A DNA stretch of 64,000 bases from an uncultured virus (IMG/VR IMGVR_UViG_2061766007_000169) (lineage: Duplodnaviria; Heunggongvirae; Uroviricota; Caudoviricetes). Position numbers and translations under genes: made by a program. Under the pieces are notes generated by a model. It did no database searches and was not told the origin of the DNA. It saw only the letters and a program-made list of their open reading frames with translations. Location of the stretch: the IMG/VR virus record IMGVR_UViG_2061766007_000169; one strand, written 5' to 3'. Shown piece by piece: positions 53,275 to 63,458 of the stretch (within the stretch, counting starts at the first letter, position 1; each line of letters begins with the position of its first letter).

Positions 53275-53346
53275 TGCGGGGTAGAGGAGCGGTAACCTTG
53301 TGGGCCTCATACACCCAAGACGCCGGTTCGAATCCGGCCCCCGCTA
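53275..53346 (+). tRNA. tRNA-Met(CAT), initiator-like
   Basis: Unpaired 1:72, GCGGGG/CCCCGC acceptor, GAGG/CCTT D-stem, GGG/CCC anticodon stem with CAT at 53308-53310, GCCGG-TTCGAAT-CCGGC T-arm; no encoded CCA. Confidence 0.85.
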
Positions 53347-53660
53347 TTTAATTTGCGTTGACTTGCGAAAGCAAGATGGAAAGGGCATTAGGTTTTCCTA
53401 GTGTCCTTTCTCAACATAAAAAAGAACAAACACTTACGAGTGGCTTTTTNNNNNNNNNNNNNNNNNNNNNNNNNNNNNNNNCGGGATTGGTAGCAATTCT
53501 GCCAATGGCTTTTTATGCTCTCCACGCCTATCTGAAGAAGCGGACCACGGAGAGATCCTTATGGCAATAGGCGAAAGTCTATTGCCCAAATTTGGTATAA
53601 CCCGCCATCCATAGCGGTTTATATAAATATATCTTTCTCGCCATGAAAGGAAATTAATTT

Positions 53661-54632
53661 ATGGAAAATACAAACGAAAAGGCTCAGGCCATTACCAACG
53701 AAGACGATGCCATTCTGCCGGACGGCTGGACAGGAGACGGAGACTTCTTTGAATGGGCGGCTGGTGGACAGACTGACGAGTCTAAATCATTAGCTGACGC
53801 ATTTGGACTTGGAGATGGAACAGAGGAATCTACTCCTGCCCCCGCCACGGGCGAAGGTGGAGAGGAAGCTGCTGAACCTCAGACTGACGAGGGTGACCAG
53901 CCCGCCACGCCGGAAGAACCTAAAGAGCAGTCTACAACAATAAGATTTGATGCGAACATCAACCATCGTAAGAAGAGTGTTGAGATCGATCAGTCTGAAC
54001 TGCCGGAGATATACGAAAAGGCTTATGCCGCTGATAAGTTCAGAAAGAAGCTTAGCGATAAGACGGCTGAACTTGAGGAAGCGGAAGTAGTAAGTCAGCT
54101 TCTTGGCTATTCAAGCGTTAAAGAGATGCTCGCCGCAGCGAAGAAGAGCTATGAGGATTCTGAAGTTGAACGCCTTGTAAGTGAAAAGGTTCACCCTGAC
54201 ATTGCGAAGGACACCGTGTCACGTAAGGTCAGAGAGATCGAGGATAAGGCTATTAAGAACAGGAAATCCTCTTCCGCAGAGGAAAAGGAAGAAACATCAG
54301 AAGACACCACGACGAAGTCCGGAACCAGAGATTTCAAACCGGAAGTCGCAGAACTTCTTAAGGATTTTCCTGAACTCCATGGAAAGACTCTTCCAAAGGA
54401 AGTTGTCGATGACGCTCTTTCCGGGAAACCGCTGACTATTGCCTACAGACAGTATATCCAGAAGCAGTTGAAAGCCGAAAACGCCAAACTCCAAAAAGAA
54501 AATGAAACATTAAAACAGAATGCGGAGGCGGCTAAACGCGCACCTGTCAGGGGTGTCACGAGGGGCAGCGCAACACAGGAAGGACCGGAAGATCCGTTTC
54601 TTCGTGGTTTTAATGCGACAGGCTTATACTGA
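53661..54632 (+). CDS. Capsid scaffolding protein
   Basis: Acidic N-terminus, coiled coil, DPFLRGF end; directly before the capsid gene. Confidence 0.75.
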   Translation: MENTNEKAQAITNEDDAILPDGWTGDGDFFEWAAGGQTDESKSLADAFGLGDGTEESTPAPATGEGGEEAAEPQTDEGDQPATPEEPKEQSTTIRFDANINHRKKSVEIDQSELPEIYEKAYAADKFRKKLSDKTAELEEAEVVSQLLGYSSVKEMLAAAKKSYEDSEVERLVSEKVHPDIAKDTVSRKVREIEDKAIKNRKSSSAEEKEETSEDTTTKSGTRDFKPEVAELLKDFPELHGKTLPKEVVDDALSGKPLTIAYRQYIQKQLKAENAKLQKENETLKQNAEAAKRAPVRGVTRGSATQEGPEDPFLRGFNATGLY

Positions 54633-54697
54633 TCTTTATTTCCTGACAGCCGCGTGACTGTCATCCGCATGGCCATATAGAAAGGAATGATTAAATT

Positions 54698-56754
54698 ATG
54701 GCAGGCGGAATTAATCTCGCTACTAAATATTCTCCCGTCGTAGACGAGAGATGGTGACAGAGTTGCCCACTACGGCAGTAATGTCGTAGATGAATCGACC
54801 AAAATCGGTGAAAGCTAAATGAGTGAAGAATATTTAATCTATAAGCATACCTCACCAAGTAATAAAGTTTACATCGGAATAACAAGCCAAACACCGGAGA
54901 AGCGGTGGCATGGCGGAGCGAACTATAGCGGTCAGCCTTATTTCTATAACGCTATTCGTAAGTATGGATGGGATAATTTTAAGCACGATATTATCCGATC
55001 CGGTCTAACGGAAGAGGAAGCTAAAATAGCGGAGAGAAAATTAATTAAGAGGTATGACAGTCGTAATAGGGAATTCGGTTATAATGCCACATCTGGTGGG
55101 GATATAAGTCCTATGAAGAGTATGCAAGCGAGAGCGAAAAGCTCGGCTTCTCATAAGGGGAAAGCGATGCTTCCTCAGACGAGGGCAGCTCTTCTTAATA
55201 GTAGGCTTGGTATTTCTCTTTCCGAGGATCATAAGTCTAAAATATCATCTTCCATTTCAGAACTTTGGAAAGACCCTGAGTATAGGAAGAGGAATGTTTC
55301 TAAGCATCTCGTTAGATCTGTAGAACAATACAGTATGGACGGGTCTTTTGTTGCTCGATATACTAGCTTGAAAGAAGCAGATCTATCTACGGGTGTTGAC
55401 TATAGGAACATACAGGCTTGCTGTAAGGGGAGAAAAAGACAAGCAGGTGGTTTTATTTGGAAGTATTCTTCTTCACAAGCTAATACCGAGGTAAATACAG
55501 AAACTAAAGAGTCTGTATCACTGTAACGAGTAGGGATTGAACCTGTTAACACAGAATAAAATATCCCCAAGAGTGGTCGATATCCGTTACAATTCCTTTC
55601 TTGTATCGGATAAAAATGTACTCTGAACTTATGGGAAACCATAAGAGCTATCGGATAAAGAGCCGATAGGCTAACAAATTGATCTCGAATCCCAGGCAGT
55701 TATGGCTCTGGGTAATAAATATGATTTCACCGGAGAAAAGACCGTAAAAGTTTATAGTATCCCCATCAGCGTGATGAAGGACTACTCCCGCACCGGCATT
55801 GCTCGTTATGGTTCTCCGGACGATCTCACTCGTAATGTCCAGACCCTGACGATCACTAAGGACAGGGCATTTAATTTCATAATTGACAAGGGAGACAAAC
55901 TCCAGTCTGAGATGGTCTCCGATGCAGGTCAGGCTCTTGCCCGCCAGCTTCGTGAAGTTGTTGTTCCGGAATTTGACAGCTACTGCTTCGCCAAGTTCGC
56001 ACAGGCCGCGAAAGACGCAGGTGGTTATGCAACTACGGCTGTGACCGCTTCCAACGCTTATGCCTGCTTCCTTGCCGCTATGGAATATCTGGGTGACCAC
56101 AATGTTCCTGAAGCCGGTCGTGTAGCTTTCTGCACTTATAAGTTTGCCAACTTTATGATGCAGGACCCGGCCTTTATGAAGTACAGCGATAAGTCCCAGG
56201 AGATGGTTGTCAAGGGTATCCTTGGCGAAGTCGATGGGTGCAAGATCGTTAAAGTTCCTTCTAGCCGTCTCCCTGCCGGAGCAGCGTTTATTCTCGCTCA
56301 TGCAGAAGCCGCTGTCGGCCCGAAACAGCTTGAAGACTATCGTATTCATGATGACCCTCCTGGAATCTCCGGCTGGCTTGTTGAAGGCAGGACGATCTAC
56401 GACTGTTTCGTTCTCAACGAGAAGCGTTATGCTCTCTACTACCACGGCGGACAGACCGTGTTCAAGGTGCTTGATGCTATGAGTGCTGCAACCGACACTG
56501 GCAAGACTACTCTTATTATCAATGCGCAGCTTGATGCTCCCACCAATAAGTGGTACTACATGACCGCAACTTCCGCTGCAGGTCTGACGGCTATCACTTA
56601 TGGTACTGCGATCACTACCGGAAACTGGACTCAGCTTACGGCTAATGCCACTGAGATCACTCCGACCGCGAACCATGTTATCGCTCGTATCGTAGAGGTC
56701 GATAGCGCCAATAAGCCGATCGCATTTGCGGATGTTCCGCTGAATATCGGCTGA
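54698..56754 (+). CDS. Major capsid protein, spliced: exon 1 54698-54755, exon 2 55682-56754 (376 aa)
   Basis: Joined frame MAGGINLATKYSPVVDERW-Y-LESQAVMALGN...; DRAF.F.IDK, VVPEFD.Y, EGR.IYD.FVL capsid motifs. Confidence 0.85.
54756..55681 (+). mobile_element. Group I intron in the major capsid gene
   Basis: P1 GGTGAC/GTTGCC with U.G at the splice site; P2 with GTAA loop; P3 ATCGACC/GGTCGAT; P4 TCGGT/ACCGA; P7 AGAGT/ACTCT; P8 and P9 hairpins; terminal G; removal restores frame. Confidence 0.88.
54819..55526 (+). CDS. Intron-encoded GIY-YIG homing endonuclease
   Basis: IYKHTSPSNKVYIGIT, GYN, NUMOD3/NUMOD1 segments. Confidence 0.88.
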   Translation: MSEEYLIYKHTSPSNKVYIGITSQTPEKRWHGGANYSGQPYFYNAIRKYGWDNFKHDIIRSGLTEEEAKIAERKLIKRYDSRNREFGYNATSGGDISPMKSMQARAKSSASHKGKAMLPQTRAALLNSRLGISLSEDHKSKISSSISELWKDPEYRKRNVSKHLVRSVEQYSMDGSFVARYTSLKEADLSTGVDYRNIQACCKGRKRQAGGFIWKYSSSQANTEVNTETKESVSL

Positions 56755-56770
56755 TAGTTTTTAACTTTAT

Positions 56771-56808
56771 AGAGGGATTACTGTAATGGTAATCCCTCTA
56801 ATTTCTTA
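56771..56808 (+). terminator. Terminator after the capsid gene
   Basis: AGAGGGATTAC/GTAATCCCTCT 11-bp stem. Confidence 0.7.
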
Positions 56809-56829
56809 TGTTAAGGAGAAGAGAGATAA

Positions 56830-57465
56830 ATGACATACGGCGAATTAAAGAACAGAGTACTCCAGTATATCTTCTCCTATTCCATAGCTGGAGACGAAAT
56901 TCAATTGTCTTATAACAATCAGGAAGACTATGTGAAACAGATCCCGGGTCTTTTGAACTCTGCTCAAACTTACATTTATCAGGTGAAGCATTTTGAAGCA
57001 GCTGTTAAATTAAGCGATCTGGCGAGGGAAGACTTCGGAGACAGCGATATGTATATTCTTCCGGATGATTGCCTTAAGATGAAACCCGGTTTGATTCTCC
57101 CACAGGGCGGTGGATTCAGACCACAGTTTGTACGTTTTAACAACTATAAACTCTTTGGGGGAAATAAGCTTCTTGTTCCGAAAGGAATGGGCGATAAGCT
57201 TCTTATGGAATATTGGAAGCGCAGTGTTCCTCTTCCGGAGAATATTCCGGACAGTTATGTTTTGAAAAATACGGACGAGGTGAATGAACTTCTTCCGTTC
57301 TATATTGCAGCATTCGTTGTGATGTATGACGATGCTTTCCGATACTCCGCACTATATAATGAATTTGAAACCAGACTTCAGAGACTCGCTCCGAATCCGA
57401 CCTATGTCGAGGAGAACGAGGTCTTTGATGTCTATATGGGGTTTAATCCGGCATGGTGGTGTTGA
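56830..57465 (+). CDS. Probable head-tail adaptor
   Basis: MTYGELK start, Y.LP.D motif, size and position after the capsid gene. Confidence 0.6.
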   Translation: MTYGELKNRVLQYIFSYSIAGDEIQLSYNNQEDYVKQIPGLLNSAQTYIYQVKHFEAAVKLSDLAREDFGDSDMYILPDDCLKMKPGLILPQGGGFRPQFVRFNNYKLFGGNKLLVPKGMGDKLLMEYWKRSVPLPENIPDSYVLKNTDEVNELLPFYIAAFVVMYDDAFRYSALYNEFETRLQRLAPNPTYVEENEVFDVYMGFNPAWWC

Positions 57466-57468
57466 GTA

Positions 57469-59772
57469 ATGGCATATGTTAACCTTAGTAAAATGCCCTC
57501 TGCCAAGAGGGAATATGTTACTAGTTTTGATACACTCGCCGGTGGTCTGAATCTGCAGGAACTGGACTATCGTATAGATAACAACGAGAGTCCGGAGATG
57601 AAGAATCTGCTCTGGCGAGAGGGCGTTCTTAGCTGCCGTGATGGTCAGGTATGGGTAAACGGCACTGACGGCGGAACATTCTATACTGCTTACGAGCGGC
57701 TGTGGAATGGCTGTATGTTTGCCCATTCCGGTGACAGTATCTATGCCGTTGATACAGACGGCACGAGGACTCTTCTGTACACCGCCTCCGATACGATGGA
57801 TGTCCGCGGAAAATTCTTTCCGTATAATGAGAAGCTGTATTATAAGACAGAAGGGCATTACGTTTGTATTGAGTATAACAATGGTGCTTTCTCTGCCAGT
57901 GATGTAGAGGGATATGTTCCGGTAACTTACATTAACTGTTCTCCGCTTAACGGCTCAGGTACTATCTACCAGCCTGAGAACAGAATAAGTTCGAAGAAGA
58001 CTCTCTGGTACAATGCTTCGTATGTATTAACTCCGTCAGTATCCGGAGACTTCAGCGTGTCTGTTGAGGAGACATACTTCCGGATCATGTGCAATAATGT
58101 TCCAGGTACGTATGTATTTACCTATACAACGGAGTGGAAGCTGAACGGAAATGCGGTAGATCCTCTCGCCTATGGAATAGCGATTGGCGGAACTCCGGTA
58201 AACGGAGATACGATTACCATCTATTATGCGTTTTTGAACAGATACTATCTTCCTTTGGCCGGTCTTAATATAGACAACATTACGGTTGACGGTGTTACGA
58301 AAGTACAGGAGAGCCTAGAGTATGAGGTAAGCACTCTGGGTGTTACCGCAACGCTAGATAAAGAAACGTGGAGAAGTTACGTAACAGTTTCCGGCACATA
58401 TGCTTTTGTTTATGACTATGATAATGATGTCTGGACTCTTAATGGCTCTTCCGTTTCGCTTGCCACATATGGTATCGCGGTTGTCGGTAGTCCGGTTGAT
58501 CAGACAACGATTACTGTGGAATATGTGCGAGGGGATTACTATTTAGATAATGACGGCGCTTCTGTTATCTTTTATGATGCGCCCCCTGTTACCTATCCGG
58601 AAACGAATAATACTGTTCATGTTACATATTCTGCGGATAATGACACAGCGTATGAAAACATTATGGATTGCCGATATGCTGCTGTCTATGGCGGAACCGG
58701 GGCGTTGTGTATCGTAATGGCCGGGAGCAAGACCCAGCCTAATGCCTACTTCTGGAATGGTCAGACGAGTATCGCTATGGACGCTTCGTACTTTCCAATG
58801 ACACAGTATCAGCTCGCCGGTGACTCGGTTGATCCTATTACCGGATTCGGTAAGCAGCAAGGGTATCTTATTATTTTTAAAAAAGGATCTGTCGGCAGAA
58901 CGACACTCGGTACAGAAACTGTTGATGAAAGAATGACGATTGATCTTCCGTATGTCGGCATTAACTCCAAGATCGGCTGTGATCTTCCGCATACTATACA
59001 GCTTGTGGAGAATAACCTGGTATGGTGCAACACAGTAAGAGGAGTTCATTTCCTGGCGAACACATCCGCTGCATACGAAAACAATGTTGTCTGTCTTTCC
59101 GATAAGGTTAATGACTCCGGAAACTCGTGGAATCCCGGATTGCTCTATGATGTTCGTAATGTGGATGCCGAAGTGGTTGTATCTCACGATGATGAGAAAC
59201 GATACTGGCTTGTGGCGAATGGTCATGCGTGGTTGTGGGATTACTTCGTAAGTCGGTATACGGATCCGTCATGGTTTTATTTTGACAATATAAATGGAAG
59301 AGCCTTTATCCAGGAGCATGATGATGTGTGGCACTTCGATTCCAGAAGCAGACTCACGCACATGGAGCGGTGCTATTATGACTACGATCCGATAGGAAGT
59401 TCCGGTGCTATAGATAAGGTGTTCCGTTTTGCTACGCAGTTCTTCGGAACGTATGACAATCTTAAGACGGTAAACTCCGTGATTATAAATACAAGGTCTG
59501 ATACGAACTCTATTATTAGTCTTCGGTATCTGACAGACTACGAAACAAGGGATGACCTGACTCCGCTTGAAGCTGTGTCATGGAGACTTGTTCCGAGGAA
59601 TTTAACATATCGTAATTTGACCGGCTCCGGTTTTGCTCATGTGTTCAGGAGAAAACCGCACTGCCGTAGAATAAAATTCTTTACTATGCGGCTTGAGAAT
59701 AACAGTCCGTCTATGGATATGTCTATTGTCTCAGCACAGATTTATTATACATTCCAAGGGAGGCAGAGATAA
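57469..59772 (+). CDS. Probable tail nozzle/stabilisation protein (P22 gp10-like)
   Basis: GGLN...ESP.M.N start, beta-rich 767 aa, position after the adaptor. Confidence 0.7.
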   Translation: MAYVNLSKMPSAKREYVTSFDTLAGGLNLQELDYRIDNNESPEMKNLLWREGVLSCRDGQVWVNGTDGGTFYTAYERLWNGCMFAHSGDSIYAVDTDGTRTLLYTASDTMDVRGKFFPYNEKLYYKTEGHYVCIEYNNGAFSASDVEGYVPVTYINCSPLNGSGTIYQPENRISSKKTLWYNASYVLTPSVSGDFSVSVEETYFRIMCNNVPGTYVFTYTTEWKLNGNAVDPLAYGIAIGGTPVNGDTITIYYAFLNRYYLPLAGLNIDNITVDGVTKVQESLEYEVSTLGVTATLDKETWRSYVTVSGTYAFVYDYDNDVWTLNGSSVSLATYGIAVVGSPVDQTTITVEYVRGDYYLDNDGASVIFYDAPPVTYPETNNTVHVTYSADNDTAYENIMDCRYAAVYGGTGALCIVMAGSKTQPNAYFWNGQTSIAMDASYFPMTQYQLAGDSVDPITGFGKQQGYLIIFKKGSVGRTTLGTETVDERMTIDLPYVGINSKIGCDLPHTIQLVENNLVWCNTVRGVHFLANTSAAYENNVVCLSDKVNDSGNSWNPGLLYDVRNVDAEVVVSHDDEKRYWLVANGHAWLWDYFVSRYTDPSWFYFDNINGRAFIQEHDDVWHFDSRSRLTHMERCYYDYDPIGSSGAIDKVFRFATQFFGTYDNLKTVNSVIINTRSDTNSIISLRYLTDYETRDDLTPLEAVSWRLVPRNLTYRNLTGSGFAHVFRRKPHCRRIKFFTMRLENNSPSMDMSIVSAQIYYTFQGRQR

Positions 59773-60650
59773 TGAGCCTTACCCAAATGGCTTTTGACAG
59801 AGACTGGACAAATCCGGTTGATTTTCCTACGCACGAGACGCAGGAAACCAAAGTACGTGAGGATATACAGTATCTGTTCAACAGCATAAGAGATCAGTTT
59901 AATAACTTTCTTTCAAATGAATTCGTAGCGGCTAATATGTCATTTGCTCCTACCCCAGACAATATCGAGCAAACCAACGTACAGGATGCTATTGAATATG
60001 TGTTTTCTCAGATACAGGAAGCCTATTCCGGATCTATACCGGATGGCGCTGTAACGGAGTCAAAGATTCATACCGGGGCGGTATCTACAAGTAAACTCGC
60101 TGATGGTGCTGTTACAGAAGATAAGATAGCAGATGGGGCGGTAACTGGAGATAAGATAGCTGCGAATGCTATATCCGGCGAGAGTTTTGCTCCGAATTCT
60201 ATTCCGGCCGGTAAACTTGGATCGCAGGCGGTCGGTACAGATAATTTATCCAACAACTGCGTTACATCCGGTAAGCTTGCAAATAAGGCGGTAATTACTG
60301 CCAGACTTGACGACCTTGCTGTTACTACGGATAAGCTTGGGGATGGGAGTGTAGCTGAAGGGAAACTAGCTACCGCTCTTGCTACTAAGATAAATGGTAA
60401 GCAGCCACAGCATACGGAAGTTACTATAACTTTGTCAGCGAATGCTTCTTCGTGGAGCGATGTTGCTGCTACAGGAGTTACGGCTACGAATCTCGTGTTT
60501 GCTAGTCCGAACGAAGAGAGTGATGACTACTTCGTTCAATGGACGAACCATGGAGTGCGGATGTATTCACAGGGTGCTGGCAAAGTCTCATTTAAGGCGA
60601 ACTCCAATATAACCGCTGCAATCAAAGTTAATCTTGCAATATTCGATTAA
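59772..60650 (+). CDS. Tail fibre-like protein with 10-residue repeats
   Basis: Tandem (D)GAVT..K(I/L)A repeats. Confidence 0.65.
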   Translation: MSLTQMAFDRDWTNPVDFPTHETQETKVREDIQYLFNSIRDQFNNFLSNEFVAANMSFAPTPDNIEQTNVQDAIEYVFSQIQEAYSGSIPDGAVTESKIHTGAVSTSKLADGAVTEDKIADGAVTGDKIAANAISGESFAPNSIPAGKLGSQAVGTDNLSNNCVTSGKLANKAVITARLDDLAVTTDKLGDGSVAEGKLATALATKINGKQPQHTEVTITLSANASSWSDVAATGVTATNLVFASPNEESDDYFVQWTNHGVRMYSQGAGKVSFKANSNITAAIKVNLAIFD

Positions 60651-60653
60651 GAG

Positions 60654-60998
60654 GTGTCAGCCATGGTTAATCTTGCGTTCGCCATCCTTGGACAGAAGTT
60701 GACTCTTCTTACTCCGACTAGATTCGTGTCCGGTACTTTGAATGCAACTACTGCCCGGTTTGATTTTCATTCTTCAGAGTGGGATGAAGCGGGAAAAACT
60801 GTATATTTCAAAAACTATGATACTGAGGAAGAACTGTCTTTTGTTTTGATAAACGATGGTATCACTACTGACAGAGGGCTGGATTTTGCTCCCGGTGTTT
60901 GGAGTGTGTATCTTGTTGGGGAGATACGAGAGGGTGAAGAAGTTTTGAATCGGTTTACTACTGAAAGCGTTACTTTTAAAGTAGTTGCCCCAGATTAA
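60654..60998 (+). CDS. Small tail-associated beta protein (BppU-N-like)
   Basis: F.F.S.EW...KTV.F motif. Confidence 0.5.
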   Translation: MSAMVNLAFAILGQKLTLLTPTRFVSGTLNATTARFDFHSSEWDEAGKTVYFKNYDTEEELSFVLINDGITTDRGLDFAPGVWSVYLVGEIREGEEVLNRFTTESVTFKVVAPD

Positions 60999-61019
60999 AG
61001 AGAATAGGAGAGATATGTT

Positions 61020-61223
61020 ATGAGAACTCTTATGAGTAGGTTGCTCGCCGTTGAAAGCAGTGGGCAGGTATGCTACGTGGAATTAAGCGGTGATAGCGAT
61101 GAAACAAAACCGACGAGTGGTATAGCGGACGGTTCTATATTTACGGAGAGCGATACCGGGGATGTTTATCTTTTTAATGAAGCTAGCGGGGATTGGGTTA
61201 AGCAATTTTCGCTTCAGACTTAA
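61020..61223 (+). CDS. Small tail-associated protein
   Basis: KPT.GI.DGS.F.E.DTG.VY.FNE motif. Confidence 0.6.
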   Translation: MRTLMSRLLAVESSGQVCYVELSGDSDETKPTSGIADGSIFTESDTGDVYLFNEASGDWVKQFSLQT

Positions 61224-61235
61224 GGGAGTTAGAGC

Positions 61236-62876
61236 ATGAGTATTAATCGAGATTTCGTGTCTGGCTACGGAGCAGGCAAAGCTTCAAAAACAAGTCAGGA
61301 TATTATCAATGAAGTCGACGATTGGCTTGAAGATAATATCGCACAGGAAACAGGGTACGTTCTTGACCGCACCCTTTCAATGGAAAATGCAGCTGCCCCT
61401 GCCGACATGGTTGGTGATTTAAAGTCTGCTTTTGACATTGAAGAACATAAGAGCCTTAATCTTCTTGATCCTGATGAAGTAGAACAGGGATATTATTGGG
61501 TAGATGGGTGGCACTCAAGCGGTTCTTATGTTAATACTGGATTTATCGAACTTGAAGCAAATAAAACATATACAATGCAGTACGGTGCTTCTACGGTTTC
61601 AGCAGGAAGACAAAAAGACTCTGCAAGATTTGTAGTGTATTTTGCTGATGATAAAACAACAGTAAAAGGAAGCGCAACATATTCCACAGAATTGACACTT
61701 CCTGACGGTGCAAAATATGTTGTTGCTTCTTATAATGTTGTAAGTGTTCAAACATTTCTTTCTGATAATCGTTCTTTCGTTGAGGGAACAACATTACTTG
61801 ACTATATTGAATATTTCCCACCTTACACATCAAAAATACTAAAATCCGAGTGCAATAATGACCCACATATTCAATCTATAGTAAATCAGACTATTGCAAA
61901 TGAATCTGAAAAGCTTATATTCATAGCAACATCTGATTCTCTTTCATCAAATACAAATCTAATCTGTTGCGATTACTCCAACAATAAAAAGAATGAATAT
62001 ATTGAGTTAACGGCATACTTTTCAACATTCGATGAATTGACAATATCTCACGGAAAAGGTTCTCATATGGGTGGATATATAAAAATAACATCGACAAAAA
62101 TTCAAATATATTCTAATGAAACATTTATAGAAGAATTTGAACATGGTTTAACTCTATCAGATTTTATTAACGTAATTATTTACACAAAGAATAATTCAGA
62201 TTGCAGGTCATCAATTACCATCATGACAGCAGGTGGCGATTATACAGCAGAAACAACACGGTATTATGGCATTAGGGGTGCTGTTCTGTGCAATGCAAAT
62301 TTCGCAATGACAAACGTAAAGATTAAATATACCGTAAACGATGCAAAAGAAGATGTTTGGGTATTTGGTGATTCGTATATTTCTCTTGGTGATCCTAACA
62401 GATGGGCAACGCAATTGGTTTCATCGGGTCATAAGAAACTACTGTTGGATGGATGGGGTGGCGCAATGTCAGAAAATGTGTACCCTGTTGTAGAATATTT
62501 TGGCAATATTACAAAACCTAAATACATTGTATGGTGTTTGGGAATGAATGATGGCGATAATAATGCTATAAATTCTGCATGGAAATCGTGCGTTGATAAT
62601 CTACTTGAATATTGCGAAACAAAAGGAATTATACCTATTCTTGCTACAATACCAAATGTTCCTAACATTGATAACACTTATAAAAACGCTTATGTAAAAT
62701 CTTTGAGCGTTCGATACGTAGATTTTGCTAAGGCTGTCAACGCAGAAAATGCAGGAGCAACGTGGTACGCAGGTATGCTTTCTAGTGATAACACACATCC
62801 AACTGCACTTGGGGCAAAAGCATTGATGAGACAGTTTCTGCTTGATGTTCCCGAAGTGCTTTTCGCTGAAGAGTAA
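61236..62876 (+). CDS. Tailspike-like protein with C-terminal SGNH/GDSL hydrolase
   Basis: FGDS block I, GGA block II, GMND block III, DNTHP block V; N-terminal D.TLS...AA.A..VGDLKSA anchor motif. Confidence 0.8.
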   Translation: MSINRDFVSGYGAGKASKTSQDIINEVDDWLEDNIAQETGYVLDRTLSMENAAAPADMVGDLKSAFDIEEHKSLNLLDPDEVEQGYYWVDGWHSSGSYVNTGFIELEANKTYTMQYGASTVSAGRQKDSARFVVYFADDKTTVKGSATYSTELTLPDGAKYVVASYNVVSVQTFLSDNRSFVEGTTLLDYIEYFPPYTSKILKSECNNDPHIQSIVNQTIANESEKLIFIATSDSLSSNTNLICCDYSNNKKNEYIELTAYFSTFDELTISHGKGSHMGGYIKITSTKIQIYSNETFIEEFEHGLTLSDFINVIIYTKNNSDCRSSITIMTAGGDYTAETTRYYGIRGAVLCNANFAMTNVKIKYTVNDAKEDVWVFGDSYISLGDPNRWATQLVSSGHKKLLLDGWGGAMSENVYPVVEYFGNITKPKYIVWCLGMNDGDNNAINSAWKSCVDNLLEYCETKGIIPILATIPNVPNIDNTYKNAYVKSLSVRYVDFAKAVNAENAGATWYAGMLSSDNTHPTALGAKALMRQFLLDVPEVLFAEE

Positions 62877-63135
62877 GCTAAAGGAAACCTTAAATAACTA
62901 CCAATAACCACTAGTGGGCAACTTTGATTCACTTTCGGACAGAGCCGTTCAAGCCTCTCGACGATGCTGATATACGAACGGACTTTTAAGAGTCTTGCAG
63001 AGGACTATAAACCGCTGTATAGGGGTAAGACACCCCGGCACAAACTGCATCGGCTCAGTTCCAAATGACAGATGCCTGCATCAGTCGTAGTTTTACAACC
63101 GATATTTAAAGGAAAAAAAAGAAGAGGGGTTACCC

Positions 63136-63321
63136 TCAATAACCTCTCTTCTTGAGATACTCATCGAGTGCTTTTTGGATAGTCCATGATCTATTGCGTT
63201 CTTCCTCTTTCATGTACTTTTCCAATCTCTCAATGAGTGACGGTGGCAATGTGATGTTGTATTTGGTATAACCACCTGTTTCCTCGATCCCACGGAGAGA
63301 TCGTCCTCCGTTGATACCCAT
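63136..63321 (-). CDS. Ribbon-helix-helix (CopG-like) regulator
   Basis: YNITLPPSLIERLEKY...NRSWTIQKALDEYL; GGAGG RBS. Confidence 0.8.
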   Translation of the reverse strand: MGINGGRSLRGIEETGGYTKYNITLPPSLIERLEKYMKEEERNRSWTIQKALDEYLKKRGY

Positions 63322-63364
63322 GTAGCATCACCTCCACCTACTAGTGTACCACAATCTGTCAATG

Positions 63365-63394
63365 TAGGACAGAAGAGGACAGTATAGGACAGTA
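63365..63394. promoter_or_regulatory. Three AGGACAG direct repeats upstream of the RHH gene
   Basis: About one-helical-turn spacing, typical of RHH operators. Confidence 0.5.
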
Positions 63395-63458
63395 ATTAGA
63401 CATACCTAACTTTGTCCGGAAACTTTAAGTTACTAAAAGCATAATAAAATCAGGAGGA

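Noticed and set aside
53531..53580. Hammerhead ribozyme (CTGAAGA...GAAA)
   Set aside because: Stem II cannot form between the two core elements; the GAAA is a hairpin tetraloop.
56830..62876. Second DGR variable repeat in the tail genes
   Set aside because: No TR-like sequence found by eye in this window; remote targets outside the window remain possible.
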